A stretch of DNA of 64,000 bases from Longimicrobiales bacterium (GTDB lineage: Bacteria; Gemmatimonadota; Gemmatimonadetes; Longimicrobiales; Gaopeijiaceae): contig CBDFIQ010000002.1 in assembly GCA_965248195.1 (NCBI GenBank), positions 1,920,001 through 1,984,000 on the forward strand, read 5' to 3'. Positions 51,390-61,479 of this stretch are shown one piece after another. The position numbers and the translations under genes are program-made. The notes under the pieces are model-generated. The model was not told the DNA's origin. It saw only the letters and a list, made by a program, of their open reading frames with translations, and did no database searches. Every line of letters starts with the position of its first letter. Positions within the stretch are counted from its first letter, which is position 1.

Positions 51390-53306
51390 CTAATTTGGTT
51401 CCCTCCTGGCTACATTTCTCCCATCCGGGCCCCGTGTCGTGAGGCCGGTCCGATCGAAATGACTCAGAATCGGGATCAAATGCTTGCGGGTCACGGGAAG
51501 CAGTTCGCGGAAGTCGGAGGGGCCCAGTCCGGTCGCACCGGCGAGCTCCTTCGCGACCCGCTCGGCCGCTGCGGAAAATCCCTCGGCGTCCATGAAAAGC
51601 TCCTTCTCCAACGCCACCAGGTGACCCCGAAGCTCCAATAGCTTCAAGAGGGGCCAGAGATCGTCACGCTCCCGTAATGTCACCGGTAATTCCGAGACCG
51701 TTGGAGCGGCTAACCCGGATTTGCGGTAGAGATCGAGCAACTCCTCCATGGCTTCTCGCTGCCGGTCGGTAACGATGGGTTCATATCCCGGCCGCGACAC
51801 CGCACTGTCCCGAACCTCTAGGGATCCGGACGTGACCGCTTCGCTCAGGAGCATGTCGGCGAGCCGCCCTTCATCGTGGGTCGGTACTGTCTGGCGCAAT
51901 AACTCCACCGTGATGCCGGCCCGAAGCGGCTCGTCCCGATGGAACGCGTCGACGGCGGCATCCATAAGCGTTCGGGCCGCGTCGACGATCGACCCGTCGA
52001 ATAGCCGACCGCCAGCTTCGCGAGCCCCTTCCTCGACGAGGGCGATTCTCGCCGACCGGCCCTCCTCGGGGGGAAGGCCCGTGCGTACCGGGAGTTCGTC
52101 CACGGCGATCCCTTTCCACGAAGCCAACCGAAGGACGGCCCCGAGGGCCGCCTCGGCATCGCCATGGATGATCGTTTCCAACTCCGAGGCCTCGCCGGCA
52201 CCGAGCTTCTTCCGTTTGGATGGGAGAGCCTCGGCAACGACGCCCCCCCCAATCGTGGTCACAGGGGAGTAAGACCGGATCACGAACCGGTCCCTCGTGC
52301 GTCCCAACAGAGGCCGCTCCAGGCGAAGTTGGACCCACCCCTCCTCTCCCGGAGGAACCTCGGTCCCCTCCAGCGTGACCACGCGAGCCATGACCTCCGT
52401 AGTGCCGAGGTGAACCCGGACCCGCTGGCCGTGCTTGACCGTCCACCCTGTCCCCTGAACGACTCGAAGCAGTGCTGTGAGCATTCCAGTCGCCCGCCAA
52501 GCGCCCTCGGCCACCAGGACCTGACCCCGCTCGGCGCTATCGAGATCGATTTCCCCGCCGGTGATCGCCACCGCTGTACGCTCCCCCGCCCCGGCATGGT
52601 CTACCGCGACGCCGTGCACCTGGAGACCCCGCACTCGCCCATGGCCGCCGGAGGGCTGCAGGACCACGGCGTCACCGAGGGAGAGGCGCCCACTCCAGAG
52701 GGTCCCTGTGACCACGGTACCCGTCCCCCTGACCGTGAAGGCCCGGTCGATTGGCAGCCGAACAAGATCTTCACTGGACCGTTTTTCCGCCCCCTCGGCC
52801 ACCTCCACCAATCGGTCCTTGAGCGTCTCGATCCCGGCGCCGGTGACCGTCGACGTGACCACCACGGGCGCTGCGCTAAAGGGCGACTCCTGAAGGGCCT
52901 CTCGCACCTCCTCTTCGACCAGGGGGAGCCACTCCTCTTGCACGAGGTCGGACTTGGTCAGCGCCACGACCATCTGCTCGACGCCGAGCAAGCGGACGAT
53001 CTCCAGGTGCTCCCGGGTCTGCGGCATCATTCCCTCATCGGCCGCCACCACCATCAGGACCAGGTCCATACCGGTGGCGCCGGCGAGCATGTTGCGAATG
53101 AAGCCCTCGTGGCCCGGGACGTCCACCACGCCCATCCGAAGGTCGTCCCTGGGAGCGAAGTCTGCGAATCCGAGCTCGATCGTGATGCCGCGGGCCTTCT
53201 CCTCACGCAGGCGATCTGTATCCACACCGGTCAGTAACTTCACGAGCGCGGTTTTTCCGTGATCGATATGGCCGGCAGTACCGAGGATCAGGCGCTTCTC
53301 GGTCAC
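51390..53306 (-). CDS. selB: Selenocysteine-specific elongation factor
   Basis: GTAGHIDHGKT, DRLREEKARGITIELGFA, C-terminal winged helix TRKHLIPILSHFDR. Confidence 0.96.
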   Translation of the reverse strand: MTEKRLILGTAGHIDHGKTALVKLLTGVDTDRLREEKARGITIELGFADFAPRDDLRMGVVDVPGHEGFIRNMLAGATGMDLVLMVVAADEGMMPQTREHLEIVRLLGVEQMVVALTKSDLVQEEWLPLVEEEVREALQESPFSAAPVVVTSTVTGAGIETLKDRLVEVAEGAEKRSSEDLVRLPIDRAFTVRGTGTVVTGTLWSGRLSLGDAVVLQPSGGHGRVRGLQVHGVAVDHAGAGERTAVAITGGEIDLDSAERGQVLVAEGAWRATGMLTALLRVVQGTGWTVKHGQRVRVHLGTTEVMARVVTLEGTEVPPGEEGWVQLRLERPLLGRTRDRFVIRSYSPVTTIGGGVVAEALPSKRKKLGAGEASELETIIHGDAEAALGAVLRLASWKGIAVDELPVRTGLPPEEGRSARIALVEEGAREAGGRLFDGSIVDAARTLMDAAVDAFHRDEPLRAGITVELLRQTVPTHDEGRLADMLLSEAVTSGSLEVRDSAVSRPGYEPIVTDRQREAMEELLDLYRKSGLAAPTVSELPVTLRERDDLWPLLKLLELRGHLVALEKELFMDAEGFSAAAERVAKELAGATGLGPSDFRELLPVTRKHLIPILSHFDRTGLTTRGPDGRNVARREPN

Positions 53307-54055
53307 TCGTCGAAGCCCGCTAGTGCGCCGAACACCCTGAACGCCTTGAGGGGTTTGGAGCCTGAAATGTGATACGTCACGAAATCATGCAGCAGCTGCA
53401 AATGGGCCCTTGGCTTCCCGAGCGCTTCGGGGGTCGTCCCTTGAAGTAACGCAACCAGCTGCTGCCGGGCGCCCGGGCCCACGAGCGGTCCTGAATGATC
53501 GAAAGCACAGTCGGAGCAGCGTGCACCCCCGGCAGAGAAATCGAAGCGAGACACCTCCGAGTTGCCCAGAGCCTTGCCGCAATGGACACAAAGGTCGATC
53601 TGTGGCTCGTATCCGAGTGTGGTCACGAGCAGCCACCCCTCGGCGAGCACCGCTCCGACGATCCCTGCCCGGGGCTCCGCCTCGATCCGCCGCAGCGCGT
53701 TCGTGAGGCGCTCGAATACCTGAGGGCTCGGGTCGGGCCCGGCGTTTAGGAGCACGATCTCCGCGAGCACCGAGGCCCCGGCGAACCGAAGCACGTCTCT
53801 GCCGAGTGACGCACCCGCTTCTTCGACCGCGAACTCCTTGAAGGTTTGGAGGTCGCGGGTCGGCCGTACATACGCGGTGAGCTCGCCACGGGAGAACGTG
53901 TCGATGCCGCCCTGTCCGCGCGCTCCAGCTCGGCGGATACCCTTCGCCATGACGCTGACGAGTCCCAGGTCCTTGGTATAGAGTCTGAGGACTCGACTCG
54001 TTTCACTGTAATTGAAGGACCTGAGTAGGACCGCCGGGGTGCTCACGACCGACAT
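53303..54055 (-). CDS. recO: DNA repair protein RecO
   Basis: YSETSRVLRLYT...AKGIR, plus CxxC...CxxC Zn finger. Confidence 0.93.
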   Translation of the reverse strand: MSVVSTPAVLLRSFNYSETSRVLRLYTKDLGLVSVMAKGIRRAGARGQGGIDTFSRGELTAYVRPTRDLQTFKEFAVEEAGASLGRDVLRFAGASVLAEIVLLNAGPDPSPQVFERLTNALRRIEAEPRAGIVGAVLAEGWLLVTTLGYEPQIDLCVHCGKALGNSEVSRFDFSAGGARCSDCAFDHSGPLVGPGARQQLVALLQGTTPEALGKPRAHLQLLHDFVTYHISGSKPLKAFRVFGALAGFDE

Positions 54056-54082
54056 CTCGCCCGTACTCCTTCGACAGCCTTC

Positions 54083-55324
54083 TCAGTCGCTCTTTCGGAG
54101 AAGAGACAGAAGTGCTCCACGCCGTTCGAGGATTTCCGATCGCGTGTCGGGCTCTGCGGCCTCCGCAAGCGCATCATCGATTCGGGCCACTTCAAGGATC
54201 AGCGCCTCGCGGCCCAACCCTGGATCCGGCCCTGCAAGGGCTCGTCTACGAGGACGCACGTACGCCAAGAATCCCCCTGCAGCCAACATCACGGTGGCCA
54301 GCAGCGCGAGCCATTCGAGCGGAGGGGGACCTCGATCTTCTGTCTCGACCAGCGTGAGCACCACGTCCACCAGCTCGCTCGCTCCATAGCGGCGATAGGA
54401 GCTTCCCGGCCCGAGAGCCACGACGTCCACGGGTTCCAAACCCTCCACGCGAAGCGGCGGAAAGGGCTCCTTGACCAGGAGCTCGAACACCTCGGTTCTA
54501 CCCGGAGCGGGAATCGTCGAGTCGAGGGTCGCCAGTCGGTACCGGATCATGAGTAGGCGGTCTCCCGGAGGAAGCGGAGCGCTGACGAGCACTCTCCCCC
54601 CTTCGAACGTGACCGAATTGGGTGGCATGTCACCCTCCCCCAGCTCAGGCTCGGTGGCCCCCGGCGGGAGAGGGTAACTCCACACGACACCGCCCTCCTC
54701 GGCCACGAGGGTTCGGGTGCCCCGGTTGTCGATCGCGAAGAGGTCGGTGGCAACCCACTCGTCGCCAGCGAACTCGATGAACATGGTTCGTACCTCCACC
54801 GGGAGAGACACACCCTCCCGTGGCACCTCTTCAACCGGGAAAACCCGGACCACGTACAAGCTGTCCAGCTCTTCCAGCGCCGTGATCGCAGGTCCGAAAT
54901 ACAAAACTCCTTCAAAGTCGATCGAGGCGAAGAAGATCTCGCCCTGGATGTCGGCATCCGGCACGGCCGGGAGCAGAAATTGAAACTCACCCCCCGGCCC
55001 TACGGTGACCGTATCCACCTCTCCTGATGCCTCGGGGCTCACACGGTGGAGAATTACGGTTCCGGCATCGAGTGGCGAATCACCCTCGAATACGATCCCA
55101 TCGAGAATCGGGGGGGCCTGCTGCGCCGATGAGGCGGTTGGGCTTGCCTGCCCCAGGACAGCGGACGCCTCGCCCAGGATGACACAACCGAACACCGCCG
55201 TGAATGCGGAAAGACTACGGAGTGAAGCGGCCAAAGTCCTCGGGGGCGAGCTTGCGCAGGTGCTCCTTGAGTTCTTCGGCAGCCATCTCCGCGTCGGGCT
55301 CTCCCTCGAGTACCGGCGGGTCAC
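54083..55324 (-). CDS. Hypothetical exported protein with C-terminal membrane anchor (true start probably near 55210)
   Basis: Signal-like segment, beta-rich acidic domain, single TM, short helical tail; lies within the operon. Confidence 0.6.
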   Translation of the reverse strand: MTRRYSRESPTRRWLPKNSRSTCASSPPRTLAASLRSLSAFTAVFGCVILGEASAVLGQASPTASSAQQAPPILDGIVFEGDSPLDAGTVILHRVSPEASGEVDTVTVGPGGEFQFLLPAVPDADIQGEIFFASIDFEGVLYFGPAITALEELDSLYVVRVFPVEEVPREGVSLPVEVRTMFIEFAGDEWVATDLFAIDNRGTRTLVAEEGGVVWSYPLPPGATEPELGEGDMPPNSVTFEGGRVLVSAPLPPGDRLLMIRYRLATLDSTIPAPGRTEVFELLVKEPFPPLRVEGLEPVDVVALGPGSSYRRYGASELVDVVLTLVETEDRGPPPLEWLALLATVMLAAGGFLAYVRPRRRALAGPDPGLGREALILEVARIDDALAEAAEPDTRSEILERRGALLSLLRKSD

Positions 55325-55790
55325 CCATCGTCGGCTCCCCTGGCAGGTCTAGGGGCGCGCGCTCCAAGAGCGCTTCATGGGCAAAGATGTCGGCTTGGAG
55401 CCGGAGCGCGACCGCAATCGAGTCCGAAGGACGCGCGTCGACCGAGATCACCTCTCCATTTCGCCGAATGATCATTTCCGCGAAGTAGGTGTTCTCTTCG
55501 ACCCGGCTGATAACGACCTTCTGAAGGGCACCCCCGAGACCACCAACAACCGAAGCAAGCAGGTCATGTGTGAGCGGCCGCGAGAACTTCATGTCGGCGA
55601 GCTCCATAGCGATGGCGCTGGCCTCTCCGGGGCCGATCCATATCGGGAGCACGCGCTCACCGTCACGCTCCTGGAGGATGACCACCGGCGTATTGGACGC
55701 ACGGTCCAATCCCAGACTCTGCACAGAAACCTGAACGAGCAAAGACTCAGTCCTCTTCAAATTCAGACGCCCACCGTTCGATAATACCAA
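55215..55790 (-). CDS. Bifunctional nuclease (DUF151) family protein
   Basis: LPIWIG..EA, RPLTHDL and DARPSDSIA motifs. Start may be slightly downstream. Confidence 0.92.
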   Translation of the reverse strand: MVLSNGGRLNLKRTESLLVQVSVQSLGLDRASNTPVVILQERDGERVLPIWIGPGEASAIAMELADMKFSRPLTHDLLASVVGGLGGALQKVVISRVEENTYFAEMIIRRNGEVISVDARPSDSIAVALRLQADIFAHEALLERAPLDLPGEPTMGDPPVLEGEPDAEMAAEELKEHLRKLAPEDFGRFTP

Positions 55791-55852
55791 TACTCCGGAG
55801 TCCGGCGGGAGTTCTCCGCGGGGGAAGGCAGTCGGTGTGCCGAGTCAGGGAG

Positions 55853-57030
55853 CTAGAGCTTCAGCTCCGTGCGGATATCATTCACGCGATCGGACCTTTC
55901 CCACGGAAACAGGTCGACGCTGCGTCCCTCGCCGAGGCACCGTGATTCCGGTTTTCGCCCGAAGTGTCCGTAGGCGGCGGTCGGAAGAAAGATCGGCGTT
56001 CGCAGGTTTAGTCGGTCGATGATCGACTGGGGGCGAAAATCGAACACGTTCTCGAGCGCGCTCGCCAACTGCTCGTCGGGTAGTTCTCCGGTCCCAAAGG
56101 TATCGACGAAAATCGACACGGGCCGGCCACGCTGATTGCGTAGGCGAGCTGAATTTCACAGCGCGAGGCCACCCCGGCGTCCACGAGGTTTCGCGCCGCC
56201 CACCGCGCCGCGTAAGCCGCCGACCGGTCGACCTTCGTGGGATCCTTTCCGCTGAACGCGCCGCCGCCGTGCCGGCCCATGCCGCCGTACGTGTCGACGA
56301 TGATCTTCCGGCCGGTCAACCCAGCGTCTCCGTGCGGCCCGCCGATAACGAACTGGCCCGTTGGATTGATGTGAAACGTGCACGTGTCGGAGTCGAGGAG
56401 ATTCGAAGGGATGACGGGAAGGACGACGTCGCGAAGGACACCCTCTCGAATGGTATCGTTGTCCACATCCGGCGCGTGTTGCGTGCTGACCACCACCGTC
56501 TCGACCGACCGGGGTCGGCCGTTTTCATACGCGACGCTCACCTGTGATTTGCCGTCCGGCCGGACCCAGGGCAGCGTACCGTTACGCCTCACCTCTGCGA
56601 GCTTCCGAACAAGGGCATGGGCGTAAAAGATGGGAGCGGGCATGCGCTCGTCCGTTTCGTCGGTGGCGTAGCCGAACATCATGCCCTGGTCACCCGCACC
56701 GCCCGTATCCACACCCATGGCGATGTGCGGGGACTGTTTGTCGATGGTCGTGAGCACCTCACAGTTGGCCCCGTCGATCCCGTACTCGGCATCGTCATAA
56801 CCGATTTCGAGGAGCGTTTTCCGGACCAGAGCCGGCACGTCGACTTGGCTGGTTGATGTGATCTCCCCGGCGACCACGGCCAGGCCGGTGGTCACGAGCG
56901 TCTCACATGCCACCCGGGCGCCCGGATCGTCCATCAGCATGGCGTCGAGGACCGCGTCGGAAATTTGATCGGCGACCTTATCCGGATGGCCTTCGGTTAC
57001 GGATTCGGAGGTGAAGAGGACGTGGCTCAC
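55853..57030 (-). CDS. metK: S-adenosylmethionine synthetase; apparent 1-base deletion at about 56120-56128
   Basis: [19 protein letters not shown] and GGGAFSGKD; continues as [10 protein letters not shown]...TAAYGHFG in the adjacent frame. Confidence 0.96.
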
Positions 57031-57138
57031 GGGCTGACCTGAGACCTTCTTTACGAGGACTGTGTCAAGGAGCGGGCAGCAAAGCCGCCCGCGGAACAAA
57101 AAAAGCTATTTCGTCCCGTGAAGAGGGACAAGCTCCGG

Positions 57139-58920
57139 TCAATCCAACGTCGGGAGGTTCCATCTCCCGGAGAACGCCGACAGGTCCACAGATCCGCCGA
57201 TCCCCTCCACGAGGCATTCCACCACCTCCCGGCTCGTCGGTGCAGAGACCGCGGCCTTGGCCGCACGCCGCGCGTCTTCCATGCGGAAAGAACGCACCAT
57301 CTTCTTCACCTCCGGGAGCGAGGGCCAGGCGACCGACAAGGTCGTGATGTCGAGCCCCAGCAACAGAAAGGCTCCCAACGGATTCGCGGCCATCTCACCG
57401 CATACGCTCACCTCGATACCGGCGCTCTTCGCCGCACGCGAGACCGAGCTCAACTGCTGGACGACCGCGGGGTGGAAGGGATTGAACAGCTTGGCCAGCC
57501 TCGCGCTCGTGCGATCCACGGCCAACGTGTATTGGGTGAGGTCGTTCGTGCCGATCGAGAAGAAATCGCTGTGCCGAGCCAGCTCCACCGCCTCCAAAGC
57601 CGCCGCGGGTGTTTCCACCAGGATGCCGAGCTTATACCCGGAATTGAACGGTATGCCGTCCTTACGAAGACGCTCCTCCTCCCCCTGAACCAGCTCCCGG
57701 ACCTGCCGGATCTCTTCGACGTCGTTGACCAGCGGGACCATGATCCGGATGTCCCCATGCGCGGAGGCTCGCAGGATGGCCCGCAGCTGCGTACGGAACA
57801 ACTCCGGTTCGTCCAGGCAAACGCGGATCGCACGCCATCCGAGGAAGGGATTTTCCTCCACGGGCATGTGCAGAAACATCGGAAATTTGTCGCCGCCGAG
57901 ATCGAACGTGCGCACCGTGACCACCTGTTTGGGGAACGCCTCGGCGACACTTCGATAGGCCAGGTATTGGTCTTCTTCACCCGGCATTTGATTCCGCCCC
58001 ACCACCAGAAATTCCGTTCGGAACAGGCCGACACCTTGCGCGCCGTGGAGGTAGGCCCTCTCCGCCTCTCCGGGCAAATCCAAGTTCGCGCGGAGCGCCA
58101 CGGGCTGCTCGTCAGCGGTGATCGAAGGGAGCTCGGCGATCGTCTCGAGCTCATCTTCCCAGGCGAGAATCTGGGTCTCACGTTCCCGGAACACATTGCG
58201 GTCGTGAGCGTCAGGATCCAAGACCACCCGCCCGATCCGACCGTCCACGATGGCCTCCTGCCCCGTCTTAGCCTGCTCTGACACTACGCCAATGCCGCAC
58301 ACGGTCGGAATCCCAAGGGAGCGCGCGAGCATCACCCAGTGCGCCGTTCGCGTTCCGTGATCGGCCGCGATCCCGAGGACTGAGCTCGGATCGAACTGCA
58401 CGGTGAGGCTGGGCGTCAGGTTGCGGGTGACGACGATGACGTTCTCCCCCAAGCCGGAAACGTCCGTCGGGTCCGGGAGGCCCAGGAGTTGATGCAGCAA
58501 TCTGACTTGGAGGTCCTGGAGGTCATTGAGCCGGTCGAGCACCATAGGATGGGCGGTCCGGCTCCACCTTGCCTGAATTTCGAGTAGACGCCAGTCCAAC
58601 GCGCGTGCCGCGGAGAGCCGATTTTCACGGATGTAGCGTGCAGCGCCCTCGACCAACTCCTCATCCTCCAACATGAGAAGCTGCGGCTCGAAGATTCTCG
58701 CTTCCACCACTCCGAGGCGCTCTTCGGTCGTATCCTCCAGGTCGAGAAGCCGTTTCTTCGCCCACTCGAAGACCTCCCGGAGATGCTCTTCCTCCCCCGC
58801 CACCTCCTCGGGGTCGATGGACCGGTGCGGAACGTCCGGCACACCCCAATTCAGGATGTGGACCCGACCCGCACCGATCCCCTCGGAAGCGCCAATACCG
58901 TCAAGAACCTTAGACACCAT
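57139..58920 (-). CDS. ptsI: PTS enzyme I
   Basis: GVGLFRTEF, EENPFLGWRAIR, SIGTNDLTQY and CGEMA; phospho-His in GTRTAH. Confidence 0.96.
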   Translation of the reverse strand: MVSKVLDGIGASEGIGAGRVHILNWGVPDVPHRSIDPEEVAGEEEHLREVFEWAKKRLLDLEDTTEERLGVVEARIFEPQLLMLEDEELVEGAARYIRENRLSAARALDWRLLEIQARWSRTAHPMVLDRLNDLQDLQVRLLHQLLGLPDPTDVSGLGENVIVVTRNLTPSLTVQFDPSSVLGIAADHGTRTAHWVMLARSLGIPTVCGIGVVSEQAKTGQEAIVDGRIGRVVLDPDAHDRNVFRERETQILAWEDELETIAELPSITADEQPVALRANLDLPGEAERAYLHGAQGVGLFRTEFLVVGRNQMPGEEDQYLAYRSVAEAFPKQVVTVRTFDLGGDKFPMFLHMPVEENPFLGWRAIRVCLDEPELFRTQLRAILRASAHGDIRIMVPLVNDVEEIRQVRELVQGEEERLRKDGIPFNSGYKLGILVETPAAALEAVELARHSDFFSIGTNDLTQYTLAVDRTSARLAKLFNPFHPAVVQQLSSVSRAAKSAGIEVSVCGEMAANPLGAFLLLGLDITTLSVAWPSLPEVKKMVRSFRMEDARRAAKAAVSAPTSREVVECLVEGIGGSVDLSAFSGRWNLPTLD

Positions 58921-59197
58921 GCATCTCCTCGAACCCGCTGGCGATCAACTCCGCCAGAGCGCTAAGCGCCTCTTCCGCATCGTCACCGTTTCCGCGAATC
59001 ACCAACTGCGACCCCATTTCCGCAGCCAACATGAGCACACCCATGATGCTCTTGGCGTTCACCTCCACGCCGTCCTTGTCCAACCACAGATCGGATTGGA
59101 ACGATCCGGCCAATCGCACGAACTCCGCCGCCGGCCGGGCATGGAACCCAAGCGGATTGACGATCTCGACCCTGCGTTCGATCGTTTCGTCGGTCAT
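58910..59197 (-). CDS. ptsH: Phosphocarrier protein HPr
   Basis: GFHARPA and NAKSIMG motifs. Confidence 0.96.
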   Translation of the reverse strand: MTDETIERRVEIVNPLGFHARPAAEFVRLAGSFQSDLWLDKDGVEVNAKSIMGVLMLAAEMGSQLVIRGNGDDAEEALSALAELIASGFEEMHGV

Positions 59198-59946
59198 GCG
59201 TTCCCCAGGGCCGTGAGCAACGTGATGACGAGCACCACGACGAGCGTGGTGCCCCGCAGCGCACGGTGTCCAAATTTGAGCCCCAGGCCGAACCCTGCAA
59301 ATCCGGCGAACGCCCAGAGCGCCCCGGAGTCCTCAGCGGCAAGGTGGCTCACCAGGAAAACACCCGCCAAGATCCCGAGCAACACCGCACCTCCCGAAAA
59401 AGCGCGCTCGGCCAGTCGGGAAAGTTCGGCTCCCCGAAGCCGTACACCCACATCCTTGCCGTATTTGAGACCCTGACTATACGCCCACCAGCGAAGCGCC
59501 AGGTGTCCTGCGTTATACAAAATCAGGAATACACATACCGGAACCCACGGCGGGGTTCCAGCCCAAGCCAGCACCAAAGCCAGCAAAATCGTCGCGGGAC
59601 GCCACGCTCCCCAAATCAGGAGATCTCCGAGCCCCCCGAGCGAGCCCTGGATCGCCCTCTTGAACCTCTCGATCGTCTCGGTGTCCGTACCACTACCCTC
59701 CATTCGGGCTACGGCTCCTAGCGCGATCCCGACGAGATACGGGTGGGCGTTGAACGTCCCCATGTGGCTCCGAACCGCTTCATCCAGAGCGTCGCCCGAA
59801 AGCCCACGTTTACGGAGCACGGGAATCATGCAGTAGGCAAATCCGGAGCCCAACAGCGACCGAAAGTTCCAGGATGCCTGGATGATGAACTGCCTCAGAA
59901 AGCTCGACATCCAGCCTGGCGGTCTCGTCGAGTCCAAATCCGTCAC
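59194..59946 (-). CDS. PTS mannose-family EIID
   Basis: QASWNF, FNAHPY and GLGD motifs. Confidence 0.88.
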   Translation of the reverse strand: MTDLDSTRPPGWMSSFLRQFIIQASWNFRSLLGSGFAYCMIPVLRKRGLSGDALDEAVRSHMGTFNAHPYLVGIALGAVARMEGSGTDTETIERFKRAIQGSLGGLGDLLIWGAWRPATILLALVLAWAGTPPWVPVCVFLILYNAGHLALRWWAYSQGLKYGKDVGVRLRGAELSRLAERAFSGGAVLLGILAGVFLVSHLAAEDSGALWAFAGFAGFGLGLKFGHRALRGTTLVVVLVITLLTALGNA

Positions 59947-60596
59947 AGGTAAGCGCCCACGATGCCGGCGACGAGCCCGACCAGGAAAACGGCCCGGCGG
60001 CTCTTCCACCCCCCGAAACCCCTCAGCAACGCTCCGAGATGGACCGACGCACCGATCAGAATGAGCGCCACGGTCGTTTCGTAGGGCAACGGCCATCGCG
60101 ACGCGAGGACCGCGGACAACCACCCTCCCACGACCAGCCCTACCGCCGTAACCCCCGCTCCACGCACGAAATCCAGAAGCATCGACGAAAGGTGCACCGC
60201 CGTGAGCTTTGGCGCGGTCATGGACCTGGGGTCGGTCCGGCCGAAAACTCGGCCGACCATGTGACGCTGCAAATCCACGGTCATTCCACCGATTTCAGAG
60301 ACCGCCAGTCCTGCCACCATTCCCAATGCCAATCCAGCTAGTCCGCCGGCGGACATCGCAACCGCCACTGCGACCACCGCAGCGGGTCCCGACTCCGGAA
60401 CGCGGGAGCCGCCGGCCGGGACCCCTGCAAGCTGGAAGAGCTCGAGCATCGCGCCGACCTCCAAGCCCACGGTGGGATCTCCAAGCCACCAACCGGCCAA
60501 TGTGCCCGCGACGAGCGGGCGAGAGACCATGAATTGTCCGGCCGAGGTCGCATCGAGGGCCAGGAGCCCACCCAGGACGGCAAGGGGAAGGGACAC
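59943..60596 (-). CDS. PTS mannose-family EIIC
   Basis: GQFMVSRPLVAG...GD...G; hydrophobic. Confidence 0.88.
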   Translation of the reverse strand: MSLPLAVLGGLLALDATSAGQFMVSRPLVAGTLAGWWLGDPTVGLEVGAMLELFQLAGVPAGGSRVPESGPAAVVAVAVAMSAGGLAGLALGMVAGLAVSEIGGMTVDLQRHMVGRVFGRTDPRSMTAPKLTAVHLSSMLLDFVRGAGVTAVGLVVGGWLSAVLASRWPLPYETTVALILIGASVHLGALLRGFGGWKSRRAVFLVGLVAGIVGAYL

Positions 60597-60603
60597 GGTG
60601 CTT

Positions 60604-61083
60604 CTAGGCCAGGAGTGTTTCTAAATCGACCGCGCGACTCCCCGGAAGGTCCCGGGCGGAAACCTCGACACCCTCATCCGCGAGGACTTGAAGACCCTCC
60701 TCATCCTCCTGACCCAGGAACACGTACGGGACACGCTCGGTGCGGCCGGCCGCGTGATGCAGGCCGCCGAGGTTGACCTCACGACCCCGTAGACGATCAC
60801 CCTCGGCGAGCGCGTTCATCGCGGCGATCGTCCGGGTCAGAACCACCGTCTTTCGGGGAGCGGCATCGAGGTCCGTGAGGCGTGCTCTCGCATCCGCGAC
60901 GGTCAGGAAGTCCGCCGAGGCGGCGTCGGGAAGGCCCAGCCGGTAAAGATCTTGCTCCCATTCGCTCGTGGCCAACTCGTCGTCCACGACCACGTAATGC
61001 CGCACCCCGAGTTGCGGTCCCCAGCCCATCACCACCTGCCCGTGAATGAGCCGCTCGTCGATTCGGTAAAGGACGACCGACAT
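60604..61083 (-). CDS. PTS mannose-family EIIB
   Basis: RIDERLIHGQV and VNLGG motifs. Confidence 0.93.
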   Translation of the reverse strand: MSVVLYRIDERLIHGQVVMGWGPQLGVRHYVVVDDELATSEWEQDLYRLGLPDAASADFLTVADARARLTDLDAAPRKTVVLTRTIAAMNALAEGDRLRGREVNLGGLHHAAGRTERVPYVFLGQEDEEGLQVLADEGVEVSARDLPGSRAVDLETLLA

Positions 61084-61479
61084 CTATGCCGGCGGCTCAG
61101 CTGTCTTGACGCCTTCTTTGCCCTTTTGGAGGAGACGCGGAACCAGCTGGGAAAGGGGAAGCTCCCGATGAAACACGAACTCCAGTAACATCGGCAGGTT
61201 CATGCCGAACACCACCGCCCGCCGCCCGTTGTCTTTGCAGGTCAGTTGAGCCGTGAGCGCGCAACTTCCGCTGCCGAGATCGGTGAAAACAACGACCGGC
61301 TCACTTCCCACCAAGGCCTCCACCCGGTCGGCCAATCCCTGGGGATTCTGTCCCTCGTTACTCATCGCCATCAGAACACCCTCGTCCAGGCCCGTGATCC
61401 TCCGGACCGCGTCGACCATGCCTTCGGCTAATTTCCCATGGCTGAGCAAGACGCCCCTTACCAGCTCCACGTCACTCAT
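61084..61479 (-). CDS. PTS mannose-family EIIA
   Basis: SHGKLA, FTDLGSGS and GMNLPML motifs. Confidence 0.92.
   Translation of the reverse strand: MSDVELVRGVLLSHGKLAEGMVDAVRRITGLDEGVLMAMSNEGQNPQGLADRVEALVGSEPVVVFTDLGSGSCALTAQLTCKDNGRRAVVFGMNLPMLLEFVFHRELPLSQLVPRLLQKGKEGVKTAEPPA

Noticed and set aside
55853..57030. metK, wecE, GT-C and EAL genes as true pseudogenes or programmed frameshifts
   Set aside because: Each has a single homopolymer indel and no other decay; sequencing error is simpler.
57031..57138. SAM riboswitch upstream of metK
   Set aside because: Only a simple GCGGGCGGC/GCTGCCCGC hairpin and a TTGACA; no recognisable SAM-I/II core.
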